Positions 37,960-51,152 of a stretch of 64,000 bases of DNA are shown here, in pieces (position 1 is the first letter of the stretch; each line of letters begins with the position of its first letter). The DNA lies in contig OZ316892.1 of the NCBI GenBank assembly GCA_973895155.1, positions 25,381,233 to 25,445,232 of the forward strand, in the 5' to 3' direction. The notes below the pieces were generated by a model. It was not told the origin of the DNA, did not search any database, and was given only the letters and a program-made list of their open reading frames with translations. Source of the stretch: Marsupella aquatica (Eukaryota > Plantae > Marchantiophyta). Both the position numbers and the translations under genes were made by a program.

Positions 37960-38420
37960 TCTTGTCATTTTTTCTCACATTGACATTTTTATCTCAGCAC
38001 AATATGTTTTCTCACCTTTGACATCTTTTCTCTCCTTGGCATCTTTTCTCTTGTTGACATCTTTTCTCTCCTTGGCATCCTTTCTCTCGTTGACATCTTT
38101 TCTTGCCTGGTTTGACATCTTTTTCTCAACTCGACATCTTACCTTTTGCTCACCTTGACATCTTTATCTCACTAAAACATCTTTCCGTCACCCTCAACAT
38201 CTTTTCTCTCCTTGACATCTTTTCCTCATCTTTACACCTTTTTCTCACCTTGCCTTCTTTTCTCTCCTCGACAACCTTTTCTCACCTTGACTTCTTTTCC
38301 TCACCTCAACATCTCTTTCTCTCATCAACATCTTTTTTCACCTCAACATCTTTACCTCACCCTCCTTATCTTTGCCTTTCCTTGACATCGTGCCCTTGCC
38401 TCGACATCTTTCTCTCACCT
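37960..38420. repeat. Degenerate ~20-bp pyrimidine-rich minisatellite (related block at ~39090-39240)
   Basis: Many CTTGACATCTTTTCTCT-like units. Confidence 0.8.
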
Positions 38421-39559
38421 ATTGTGCACACCACACATCCATACACAACTCACATTGCTGCACACCATGTAAACAAGAAAAAGATAATCACACAACACAC
38501 AATACATGTATGCCAAAATCCATAACACAGGGCACCAGATTGTCACCAACAAGCAACAGTTCATCAACGTTTAGCAAACCGTCCACCAACGATCGGCAAA
38601 AACAAACAACGAACAAACATCACCAAGCTCCACCTAGCACCTCCGCTGGTCCGCACAGTTCAAAATGTGAGAGCGTTCGTTCCTTTGTCATTCTTCCAAG
38701 TAATCTCTTGTGAACGGAACCCCGCCGCAAGGTATCACTAAGTCAAACCAAACTCATCCGCTAGCCATGCGGGACTCCAAGTCTATACACATGGCCAAAC
38801 CCTGCTAATGTTGCTCTACATACCAACCAGCATACACTCTCTCTCTCTCTCTCTCACCATAGCCACACTCACACGAGCTCTACTAGTGCCCAAAGGCTCA
38901 ACTTGGAAGAATGAGGAGCTACCCTGATTCTCCAAGGTATACCCCATGGCACAAAGGGCATGGTAACCTGAGTAAACAGGTCATCCCTACCAGGTGACCT
39001 GCTATACTAGGTCATCCTTCCAAACCCACAACACATCATGTGCAACCAACAAATGTGCAACCCAAATGCAACATGGAGTGACACACCTCCCTATCTTTTC
39101 CTCACCTTGACATCTTGCCCTCACCTCAACATCTTGCCTCAAAATCTTGCCCTCGCCTTGACATTTTGCCCTTGCCTCAAACGTCTTTGCCTCTCCTTGA
39201 CATCTTGCTCTCACCCGGCTTCTCACCTCGAAATCTTTTGTGCAATGCGGGGGCATCAGGGTGGTAAACTGATAATAATACCAACCACAAAAGGGCCCCA
39301 CCAAATGGGCTTAAAAAAGGCTTTGAGAGTTATGAAGCAGACAACACTTAACCGGTTAACCATCAACTTTGTCACTTCCCGTCACCTCTGCTCGCTTATC
39401 TTTTGGGAGATCCAAGAAATCTACTAAGGACAAGAGAAATAGTTTCCATTCCCCACATATGGTGGTGATCCACCACACTTCAAAAAGCCACAAGGTCATC
39501 AGATGATCACATACCTGAATTTAATAAAAGAGGCTACTGCTGCCGAGCCGATCAAAAGC

Positions 39560-40170
39560 GCCAAGGAAAAGGACAAAAAGGCTAAGGGATGTCCTCTGCA
39601 ACGTCAATGACGATTCAGAGTAGACTCAAGTCCATGACCAGAGCACATTAGTCACCAGACTTCCTCCACAAAAGCAACCGTGCTTCTGGGATGGTACTAT
39701 CTTGAACTGTAATTTTCATTGTTGCCTTTCAGATCAGTCGTAAAGCTCACTGCGGTGAAGTAGATGGTTGGTTTTGCAATCACACTTGTCCGAAAATCTC
39801 ATTTGCATACTGTCTTCCCTTTTTTTAGGCCTAGCATGCAGGGTACTATTATTGGAGAGTGACCTCATGTTTACGTAGTGTTCTGTAAGGTTTGGCTTGC
39901 CGAAGACTGAAACCAACCAATCTTTGGATGTGCAAAAACATCATGTAGCCGCCTTAGAATGGATTTTGCTAATGTAGACACACCACCGCCATCACCATCA
40001 CCACATCCTCTAAGGATCTCAAATGGTGGTAACAAGCTACAAGTTGACCGTAAGGACTGCGTTACACGAATGGCCATAAAAGTTGCAGGAGGCCAAATCG
40101 GCTTCCGTAAGAAAGTGTTGAGGCGCTGACCAAAACCTGTCTCTTTACTCTGAGACTTTGAATTCACATC
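39560..40170 (-). pseudogene. Possible highly degraded NB-ARC (NLR) remnant
   Basis: P-loop-like GDGDGGGVSTLAKSILRRL (~39950-40010) followed ~400 bp later by GLPL-like RCRGHPLAF (~39575-39603). Intervening motifs not recognisable. Confidence 0.35.
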
Positions 40171-40327
40171 ATCATGTCATCCAGGGACAGAAACAACATG
40201 CTAGTCAGTGTGTATTATTAGAGACCGCTTGTTGAGGTAATAGGCTTGGGCTTGTCCCGACAAGGACTGGCCAACATTTACTCTAGGTGGGAGTACCCAT
40301 AAGGCATCCGTTATGGCATGGGTCAAT

Positions 40328-40620
40328 CTTGGGGGTTTCACTTCCACAAAAATGACACATCATGTGCAACGAAGGATATGGTCATTTTATTGGTTAAAAG
40401 GGAAGACTTAAGAATTTTCTCAAAAGAACAATAGGGTATTTTAAATCCAATTTTGAGATTTACAAGAACATTAGTATCCTTCTAACCAAAATTCTGGAAT
40501 ATTCCAAGAATTTTCTAACTTCTTAGGGGTTTGAAATTTATTTTTCTTGCAGTTTAGTGGGTCTGAGGTCTAAAATCGTCACAAGTGATGGGGAGGCCTC
40601 CATATAATGAGACCTCTGAG
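40328..40620 (-). mobile_element. MITE (293 bp), inverted homologue of 51-347
   Basis: CTTGGGGGTTTCACTTCC...TGAGACCTCTGAG. 8-bp TSD GGGTCAAT at 40320-40327 and 40621-40628. Interior aligns with the reverse complement of 51-347. Confidence 0.9.
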
Positions 40621-43600
40621 GGGTCAATGCATATCCCAATGGTCCATAAAGTCTGGTCATAAGGTGTTTTATGGGCACAATGGTGCCCTATAACTTTTCC
40701 TTACAGCCCTCCTTTGAGACGCCCTTACTGTCTAGTAAACTTGTTGAGAAGTAGTCACCATGGGAAAGTACGTTAGTCCGCAAAAAGCTATGGACTGCCT
40801 AAAGTGGCAGTCGCCAAATGTTACCAATGTATGTTAACAGCTTCCTACGGGGGTAGAGGACGACTGCCAAACCCAATGTTTGAGACGCCCCATTGTCTGC
40901 CTGCGCTCTGGGGCTTGTCCTCCATACACAGACTCACTATGATCCATGCACAGACTCACTATGATGAACTCTACAACCAGCATAATGTAAACTGAACATT
41001 ATTTCCCCCTTTTTTGCCATTGTATCTAATGTCACTTGTGTGAAGGAGGGGATGCTAGCATCCTTATCTAGCTTTTGTAATTTGTTTTGGACAGTCAAAT
41101 GTCTTTAGATTTAAGGAGACAGTTAGCTTCTCACTATTGAAGTCTGTGGTCAGGTGTGAAAACTGGCAAATTAAAGACTTTTTAGAGAGGTGGAGTCTAG
41201 CTAAGTTTGGCCACTCGAAAAATGCTGTCTGCAACACTCCCATTGCTTCCTTAGCACACCTTTCCAGCTCCAGGGGTTTGTAAGAGACTGTTTAATTTTC
41301 ATGTCGTTAATGGCTTTGGAGAGTTGAATTTTGAGTTGAATTCCCACTCTACTGAGTAAAGTACCCCTGCCATTTCCAGATAGCTTTGGGGAATAGAGTG
41401 AGTTAAGGGAGCTTTCACAAGAACCAGAGTACCAAAAAATTTGAACCTGCCACTTGAGTTTAACCATACCTGACCCAATGTCCATTCAGAAAGCCTCCTG
41501 ACCACAAAAGGTGATTAGTAGTGCATTCAATAGTGCCACAATGAGAAGAAGTTCAGGGGTTATTTCAAAGTTAAGAGGTGATTTAAACTACAAGTACCTG
41601 TATAAGAGTTACGGGTTGTAGTTCTCAATATAGAGTGCACTGACACATTGAAGTGTTACTAGGAATGAGCTTGAGCTCCACCTTTTATGGTGATTGCACT
41701 CTTCATCACAAGACAGGAAGAGAAGTAACTTGGCAAGGATGGCGAGCTGTGTCCCACCTTTTATGGTGAGTAGTGAGACATGGGATGACACTTTTATAGT
41801 GGCAGGAGTGGTTTTGGATCCTATAACCAGATGGCGTAACCAAAGTTATGGGAAGACCATATATCCATAACTTTCACCCACTGCCCAACTTTGAGACACC
41901 CTAATGAGACTAGGTGACTCAGCTTTTGTACTCGCCGAGGCTACGTACCAGTGACCAACTATGTAACTGACAGTAATGAGAAAGTACCCTAGTGTTATCT
42001 TAGTTAGCCCAAGATATAAATGATTATAATTTTTTTTGGGTCCTATTGAAAACGGGGAAATAAGATTGGATGGATGGCACTCTTGACCAGAAAAATGATG
42101 AATTGTTTTAAGAAGGGAAAAGCCATCTGAGCACAAAAAACCGATTTTTTTGCCGTCCATCCCGGTTATGCTGGTCCATCGGGGAATTAAGTTAATTACG
42201 CTTTGGATCCATGGGGGGGGGGGGGGGGGATTGGGGGCTACAATTTAACCCTGAATAATTTCTTAAATCGAAATTAATCAATATTTCTCGCAGGTCCTTG
42301 CGCTACCCGGATGGCACTACGGTAGTACCAAGATGACAGCTCAGTGATACGGTAGTACTATGAAAGTGAACGCCATAGCTTCAGCAGAGCCGTTCGACCT
42401 CCGAACTGATTGATTGCACGAAATGAGAACGCAAAAGATTAGGAAGCTTCAGCAGTACTGACTGGTATGAAGTACGAGCATGTGTCCGCGTGTAGTCGAC
42501 ATGCGGCCCGGAGCTGTTTCTGCAAGAAATTACGGCAGACGAGCCACTTTAAAAAATGGCTACTAGTCTAGACACCACCGGTTTGTGCCTCGTGATGATT
42601 GGGTTTCCATGAGCTTTGGAGGTCCGAACCGTACCACGATGATGGTCTGGCGATCGATTTATAATTATTATCGTTGCGACAGACGACTTGGTCACAAGGA
42701 GGCACCCCACTACCCCAGGGAGTGAAACAACAGTAACGCTAGGGGCTAGCTACTAGAGCCGTCATAACTCGTGTCTCATGCACCTTTAAAAGTAGCAGAG
42801 CCGTGAAGCAGGGGGATGTTTCCTTGGTCTAATAATAAACAACTGCTACTACCTGCAATCCTGCAGCAGCATTTCGGCTTCTTACTCCGTCCTCTGATTA
42901 GGAGTCATGATTAAAGAAGAAAGAAAGAGCGAGGAAAGTTGTACTGAGCCGTTTCTGCTCCACATTGAACGACTATTGGAATTCCTGAGATAGGTACCGC
43001 CATTTTGGTGGTACGCTGGCCTCCTGAGCATCGAGCGAACTTGTTCAACGATCATCCAGGATTCAGGGGACATCGATATGAATCGGCGTCTGTAAGATAA
43101 CCCACAGATTGCGATCTCAACTGGACACCCTGGCAAGTCGAGGTCTAGTCACTCTAGTCCTAAATCTACAGGTTTAGTGAAGACTAATCTAGTATGTGTG
43201 TGTTTTAGTCTGTTAGTGTTTGTACTTCTGTGAGGAAATTATAAAAGAATGGAATGGAATGGATGGAAGACAGTACTGCAAGTCGGGGTTCGTTCTGTAA
43301 CTAAGTCCACTGGTAGGCGCATGACATAATTTATTTTCTCACTTGTTTCGGCAGCAGCTTTGTACAGTACAGGCGAATGTACAACCAGGTCAATGCCAGC
43401 AGTCAAATGAATGCTTACATCGAGTACTTTTGCAAGTGGCCCGAGGCTGTGCCGCCTCTGTCAAAACACTCCAGGAACTTGCAAAAAGGGATAGATAGGT
43501 TTAGCTCTACAAAGAGCGTATTTACATGCCATTTAGTCTGTCAGCCCGTCATTCAATTGGTGGCCCTGCAGAAGAATTGTAAGGTGGGCAGGGTTAACCA

Positions 43601-46600
43601 TTGGCAGTACTCGGCTCTGAGGTGCGTAACTGACATCATGCTTGTCGGGACTGCAGAAAATTGATTTTTAGGGGATACCAGGCGTCTTTGGTGCCATGCC
43701 AGCTAGCGGCTAAATTGGATTCAGTTATTGTGTACATATTCTTCTGTACAAACTCCTACGATCGGACGTCTAAGAACCCTCTTGAACCAAATCGTCACAG
43801 CATCCAAAAAATAACAAACAGAATGAATCATCCATCCCAATCGATAGGAAGTCCCATTAATTGATTCAGGCACTCATTCAACCTTCACGTTCAATCTAGG
43901 TTCGCGTGAAATGTCACACATCCTGTCTATCACAAAAACAATTAGTCATCTAGGCCGGCACTACATTCTATGTCAGACGACAGAATGTAGCGCCTGCCAA
44001 CGCGCCTTTACAGCTGAAATCTGTGACTACGTCGCTGAAACCGACATGCACAGGCTACCTGTGGGTACAAGTACTCAATGGAGGAAATTTAGCCACGCAA
44101 TCCGTAGTATAATTCTCCGAGGCAGAATTCATAGATTAATGCTCGCTGCCGTTATTGAACCTACTCTCAATTCTTCATTAGGAGTGTCTGTGGGATATAT
44201 CGTTTTACAATGAAATGAAGATAAGTAATTCGTGAAATACATGCAAAGAAATCATGAGGGATTCTCCAACTGATTTCATTCCTGAGATCACTTGAATCAA
44301 TTGTTGCTACTTTTGGAAATTTCGCTTGCGTTCAGACGGTCATGCCAGCAGTAAAGTGTGACCGTACCCCTAGACCCAGCTACAAGCCACCCACCCCAAG
44401 GGTACTATCTATTAACAGCATTTATCAAGGTAGACAAGCTACGTGGTGGTTAATGAGATCTGCTACCGTCAGACTTTTGCGCCCCCGAAAATTTCTCGGG
44501 GATTGGCAGTCCAGATCACAGAAAATATCCTGGTAAAATGTGGGAATTTCACGTTTTCTTTTCACTACAGAAGTGATAACTGGGGACTCCCTGACTCGCA
44601 TGATGGAAGGCCGGGCCTGGAGTCAAATTCCTGAAAAGTTTCGTCAGTACGTAGGAGGCCGCAAGAGTTCCTAAACCAGGAGGATGTTCAGCAAAATGAT
44701 ACAGATTGTTAACCAAGAATCGTATGAAGTCAAGGTGAATCATTCGGTTAATCCCAAATTAATATTGAATCACTAGTGGTTACCTTGCAGACGTGCATTA
44801 CTTCTCTTCCCGCTTCTCTTATGACAAGCTTTATTCGCAAATCGTGTTTGTCGTAGGTCGTTTGCCTTGAGAATAATTGTCGAGTGCATGATCTGAATCA
44901 TGGAATCTAGCTGATGCCTTGAACTCGAGTTGCATTGAGTACGTGATGAGAGCCACCGATGATTCAAGTTTACTCCGCTGTCATCTGAACTTCTTTGGGG
45001 CTTTCAAGCTTAGTTACAATGTCGTGGACCGATCATCACATTTGGACAGATGAAAAGTTTCATAATTGGAGCTTTAAGCTAGATCCGCGTAACGAAAAGG
45101 TAAGATTTGTAGAACTAAAATCTGAATCCTTTGCCGATATCTCAGTCTGCTCAATGACGGGCCAGCTAGAATGCCATGATTAGTACAGAAAATGGTTGGT
45201 TCGGGTTGGTTACTTGTACAAGTAGCTCGGGATCCACATCCGAGTCATAGAGTGGATTGAATGAGTCACATTCATCGGAGCGTCTTGTAGTCACTGAACA
45301 ATTTTGGATCGGCCCCAGACAAAAGCACACTTCATCATTCGCTCGCGGGGTGGATCTCGTTGCAAGTCCCTTTCATAATTGTTTGAAAAGCGAAAGAGAA
45401 AAAACTACTGTGGGGGCTACATGCTAGCTAGTCCACTAGCCCATTAAATAGTTCCTTTTTTCGTCTAGAAACCAATTTTGATGGCTAGTTATAGACAGAC
45501 ATCATTTTGCGTTCGTCGAACGAGCTCATCCTTCCTATAGGATCACTGAAATCTTCTTCTTCATCATTCGGGACTTTACGGGATGAGTTCAACGAGCGCT
45601 GACAGTTTCCTTTTGAGTCTCTTCACGAGACGACCAGCCTATACATAGAACAGGCTGGGGATTGCGTCTCGTAACCTGCGGCAATCTTGCTAACGTAATC
45701 AAATCAAAGCTTTGAAGATTCGGAAGTCCTGTTGATGAGGTAGTCGCTCATACCGACCATACTACTATGTCAACAATTCAAGAGTTTGAAAACACTGCTT
45801 TGCGACTGGTGATCACTTGGAATTCAGCTGAACACCTGGTATGGCAAGGCCTAAACAGAGTTCGAATATCCTCCCATAAATAATTTGAACACTAACAGTC
45901 ATCCTTGCAGGACTTGTGAGTTGACATGCTGAGCAAGGCCGCTTGTATCGGGCCAGCTGTTCAATCTTATGTCATTCGTCCTACGACAACAATGAAAGAG
46001 ACTTGTTTTCTGTTGGTGAAATTGGGAATGCAAAAAGAGCAACCGACAAGAAGTACATCCCATGTGCAGCACGGTAAAGAAGAAGAGTTCCAACCTTCAA
46101 CCCAAACCGAAAATCCAGAAACGAAGACGAGGGCAAGCAAAGGCCAAGGAACCAACAACAGAGGCTTCTATGAATAAACAAAGTCTGACGCAAAACTAAA
46201 TTACCCGTGATCACAGAGAGGCTTACATTTTACAAAATAATGAAAGAATGCCACTATACGTAAACTCCAGGAAGAAATGACCCGCTTTCACATAGAGGCT
46301 TACAATTTAGATAGTAATGAAAGATAGGCTTACACTTAGAAACTAATGAAAGAAAGCCTCCTACAGTAACACTCATCTCTGAACACTCCCGGTTGTTGTT
46401 ATTAAAGAGGACCCTGAATGCACATTCTTCGAATATTAATAAAAATGATACAAATTAATCATCACTAGACAACCCATTTTATACATCCTATCATATTTTC
46501 CATCCACATACATGGTGCGGCCCTAGAGGTACTGTCTGAAGTTTTCACTATAGAAGCCTGGACCTCAACTCTAATTTCTAGCTTCTCATAACGATTTATT

Positions 46601-48261
46601 AATAAAATGTGTGAATAGCTAGCCAAAATTTCCCTGCCTAACTCAGCTCCCATGTGTGTCTCGAGGACTCTTGCCTAGCATTTCTTTCACCTGCCAGTAT
46701 TACAAGCCAAATTTCACCTCCATCCAAAATCATTTTTGGGCCCATCTCTGGGCCCATCAGCCAGTTTCCCACCAAACCACATAGCCCATGACAGCTCTGT
46801 TTCAATCGAGAGATGTAATGGTCACAAATCAATTTCCATAAGAAATCTTATTAGCATCTCTTCCTTGAGTGCAAGACTCCTCACCCCGGCCAAATTTAAA
46901 ACATAATTATTCACAAATTATCCTACTTGCCAAAGACTAATACAAAATAGGTGAACGGCTAAGTTCTGACTATGGAACGGGGCCTTCAGACTCGTTCCTT
47001 CCAGCTGACAATACTGGAGCATTGATTTATGGTCCATTTTTAACTACTATAGATAATGTATGCTAGATATGCTAGCCTGATGCCCGACAGAAAGAGAATG
47101 ATGTGCCCAGTCATCCTCCTCAGTGCTAAGTCCCCACCGTACCAATCAAGAGTCGGGCAGTCAGGCAGTCCCCTCCACATTCAAGCTCAGTTTTGTTTCC
47201 TAGCGGTACTTTATCGAAGATGATGACATGATTTGTGTCAAAACACAGGAGAAGAACTCCATCGTCAGAGTGCTGTACTGCTTTTCCTCTGGTCATGGAC
47301 TAGTTCAAAGCCTGCAACGTGGGGCTCATGGCCGTCTGATGAGGTGGGTTGGTTAACTTACTCCCAAGGGATATACTTCAGGGACCTGCCAGAAAGACTT
47401 TCTTTGCTCAGCTCCACAATTTTTAATTGTTTTTCAAACTCCACCTCCTCTTAATGATCCCTAGAGTGACTTCTTTTAAACAAAGAAACTCCATAATTAT
47501 GTCTCTTCTGTGTCTTACCATATCAGTGTGCACTTCAGTACTTTGATTTTCCATGTTGCATGTAGGAGTGCATGATTTCAGGCAGTCACACTACTGGTTT
47601 TGGAAGACAAATAATATGAACATTGTTTTTGGTCATACTTAACATTTTTCTTCATCAAGAGTACTTTTGCTTATGCATGCCCTTCAGTGGAGGGTAAATG
47701 GCTGACACTGGTGGGTTTGGAAGACAATATGGAGATAGATGGACTTCAGGTCACACTTCACATTCCTTAAGAGTAGTTTTTTCTTACTCAAGCCGTTTGG
47801 ATGTGGTGTCAAACTCTTGGCAGAACCCACACATACCCTGCAGGCCTGCACAGAACGCAAACCCTCTGAAAACCCTGTGGGAACTCATAAAACCTTGAGC
47901 CTTAAAAAAACCTACTGGGAGCAAAATGCCAAAATCTTGAATGAAGTTTACAAATTTTACTTTGCAATTCCCCTCGCTATATATAATCTTGCAGCTGGAC
48001 AGCGCAATAGCAGTTTGTCCCAACAACGACGACAACCAGCCCCATTAGACGCCTGTAGTTTGATGAGACACATTTTGTGGTAGACGTCCCTGTAGTCACT
48101 GCTAAACTGAGAAAAGTTCACAGTTCAAATGCCTGTAGTCACGGTTCATCTGGTTAGGTCCTAGTATCCAGAATCTCACTTCAGAAGAATCTCTACAATA
48201 AGTTCTTGTACGCCGCATTAAGAGGGGGTTGAGTTGGTAAAACATGTCTCATGATTGGGGG

Positions 48262-48593
48262 TGTTAAGGATTGCTCTTAGTCTTGTGACTCATAGGTTAC
48301 GGCACTTAGGCTAACCACAGTTAGGATCTTAGCTGAGGTTAGATTAGTCGTGTGTGACCTTGTATATACCAGGGCTAGTGTAAGCCGCTGGTGGGTGGTG
48401 CTTACTCATTGTAACAGAACAACAGGAGGAAGAGAGAGAGCATGTGTGTTCGTCTACTCTTGAAGTAAAGCTTGAGTGTTCGTGTGGACGTAGCCTTGGA
48501 GAAGAGGTGAACCACATAGAGATTGTGTCGACTACGTGTGCATGGAATGAGTCATGGTTGTATGGTCGTTGCGAATGACGTCTTAGTTCAACA
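48262..48593 (+). repeat. Copia 5' LTR (332 bp)
   Basis: TGTTAAGG...GTTCAACA; nearly identical to 54583-54899. Confidence 0.96.
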
Positions 48594-48595
48594 AT

Positions 48596-48607
48596 TGGTA
48601 TCAGAGC
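48596..48607 (+). other. Primer binding site (tRNA-iMet)
   Basis: TGGTATCAGAGC, 2 nt after the 5' LTR. Confidence 0.95.
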
Positions 48608-50249
48608 AAGCCTGGGAGGTGACGTTGAGGTGATCAAAATTTTCGTGACGTGTTGGTGACGGTTTTTCCAGCGGTTAGAGTTGGTGGATTTCACGGAGAT
48701 CTATCGCATGGAACTTGGAGGTGTTGGGCTCAACGGATAGATCGGGGCAAGGGCTTTCCGACGGTGCAAAGAAATCTCTGAACGGAGTTCGTGGTGCGGA
48801 GGAATTGACGTTTCCGTCGTTCTGGATTTTTTGTGATTCGTGTTCGACGGTTTTCTTCGACGGATCTTTTTGGGGGGAACTGAGATCGTTTTCCCGACGG
48901 TGTGAGCTTTGTGGTGCGCGAGGTGTCACAACCTTTAGCTCAAATCGTAGATCGGGCAAAGCTGATCATTTCGGTAGCTGGTTTGCTATCGAGGATGTAG
49001 TGAGTGCGATGTACCAAGCAAAAGAGCCGTTCTGAGTTTCTGACTGGCTATGGAGTCTTCTTTTGACTGAAGCGGGGTTTCTAGTCGTTGCGTTCGACTC
49101 AAAGGAAGAAACGGGAAGTGCAACGGCTCAACGGAGAGATCGCGGTGCAGTGGTCGTTTTGAGTCCAAGATTGACACTTGACGCGGAGTGAAGGAGTCGT
49201 GATGGGAATTTTTTACTCTGCTAGAGTTGCAAACGGTGCCGGTGCAATTCGATAACATTTCCCGTCGACAACTAGTCTTTATCTGGTGTAAAGTGATAAC
49301 GGCAGTGTGAGTAACCCAACAATTTTTATTTTTTATTTTTTGTGCACATTTTGCCTTAGAATAGGGCCTTTTTGGTGGTGTGTATACACACCCTCCCGAC
49401 CCTTGCACCCCTGTCAATACCCCGTTGGTGACCCCCTCCTCCTCCTCGCTAATACTCCCATCGCGGACGTCCCGGCCATCCCAGACGTCACGGCCGGCGC
49501 GGACTTCGCGGCCGTCCCGGACGTCCTGGTCGTCGCAGCTCCATCCCTGCCCATTTTGACTCGGTTTTTGACTCCCTGACCCCCTGTGCACTGCCTGGCC
49601 CGTCACGCGTCTAGGCGACGCGGATGCGCCTTTTTTAAGACAGTATTTTTGTGTTCTTAACCCCCCTTAGGCCCGGTTTTTTAATCCTTTCCAGGCTCCT
49701 CATTGGTTAAGCGGCATCTCGGGCCCGGTGACCCACCAAATTAACCGCTTGGACAGGGGGAACGGCCCCCTGTGAGACCTGTTTCACAGTCCAAGAAATA
49801 TTCCGAAAAAATAGAGAGCTGTTTTTTGGCCTTTAGTCGAAGATTCCAAGGTCCGAACGGTAACTTTTTCGGATATTTTTTGGCGAGAACGTAGCCACTG
49901 AAGCTAGCAACGCGGTGCACCACTCGATTTCCATTTCCGATGACGGGTGGTACTTGGATATTTTCTTATTCCCCGAGGTGGTCAAAACGGGAGAGAATTT
50001 TTGAGTTTTACCCACCCCGACCGAAATGTGAAAAAGTTTTTCGTCGGAACTCGGTTTTGATTTCGGATTTCAGCGTTGGCTTGCTAGGTTGGTGGGCTAA
50101 GTGGCGGTGACAAGTTTCAAGGTTTTTGGAAAGCTGCGAAAAACGACATTTTTTTGTGATTTGGATTTGAGTCAACGCGAAGGAAGGAAGGAAAAAGCAT
50201 ATAGGGAGCAGCACAGTAATAGCACGTGGAGAACGTTGGGAGGACAACG

Positions 50250-51152
50250 ATGGCATCCAAGTTTGGAGGTGTCAAGTTTGAGGTGGAAAAATATGATGGG
50301 CGCACAAATTATTTGCTATGGGAGAAGCAGGTTAAGGGAATTCTTTGTGCTATGGGCCTAGATCATCTGCTATCGACTCGGGAGGAGTCTAGCAGTGAGG
50401 AGGAGATCCCGTTGAGGAAATGGAGGCAAGAGCAAGTGATTGCTGTGAATGCGGTTATGCTGTATCTGAAGCCGCATATCATTAAGAAGCTGGACGACTA
50501 TGAGGATTGCGTATCCTTATTCAAGGCCCTCAAAGAGAAGTACTACCGAGAGGATGCCTCAGATCGGTTGTACAAGAAGTCTCTCTTGATGAGCTTGAGA
50601 CTAAAAGAAGGAGGCAAGCTTCGAGATCACTTGGATGAATTCGACAGCCTAGCTGTAGATTTGTCAAATCTTGGCAAGGGAGTGGAAGATGAAGATAAGG
50701 CATTGCTTCTTCTCAGTTCCTTACCCCCATCATATCAAGGTTTGAAGCAGGTTCTCTTGTATAGAGATCTCAAAACCATTTCATATGATGAGGTGGTAAG
50801 CTCTTTGTTGTCAGATGATGCACAGAAGAAACTGGGTCATGCCCAGACACCATCTTCATCTGGCAGTGCATTGAATGTGAACCGCGGGAGGACTCAACAG
50901 CGGATGACTGGTGAAAACAGGTCCTTTTCACAAACGTACCCCTCACGGAATAGAGGCAAGGAGAAGGCTCGGTCTAAGTCTAGATCCAGGTCTAGAGAGA
51001 AATCTCTAGAAAGGAAACCAATTATATGCTGGAAATGTAACAAGCCTGGCCACATGAAACGAGACTGTCGAGTCAAGCAGACTCATCAACCATCAGCGAA
51101 CGCAGCCACTGATGTTGATATGATTGACTTGCTTGATGATGAAATCTTGTGA
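50250..51152 (+). CDS. Copia gag
   Basis: EKYDGRTNYLLW, LLLLSSLPPSY and CWKCNKPGHMKRDC zinc knuckle; ends in TGA. Confidence 0.92.
   Translation: MASKFGGVKFEVEKYDGRTNYLLWEKQVKGILCAMGLDHLLSTREESSSEEEIPLRKWRQEQVIAVNAVMLYLKPHIIKKLDDYEDCVSLFKALKEKYYREDASDRLYKKSLLMSLRLKEGGKLRDHLDEFDSLAVDLSNLGKGVEDEDKALLLLSSLPPSYQGLKQVLLYRDLKTISYDEVVSSLLSDDAQKKLGHAQTPSSSGSALNVNRGRTQQRMTGENRSFSQTYPSRNRGKEKARSKSRSRSREKSLERKPIICWKCNKPGHMKRDCRVKQTHQPSANAATDVDMIDLLDDEIL

Noticed and set aside
37835-39427. Leu/Ser/Phe-rich ORFs
   Set aside because: Translations of the CTTGACATCTTT minisatellite.
48986-49606. 206-aa antisense ORF in the Copia leader
   Set aside because: GTG start, low-complexity repeat-derived sequence, no recognisable domain.
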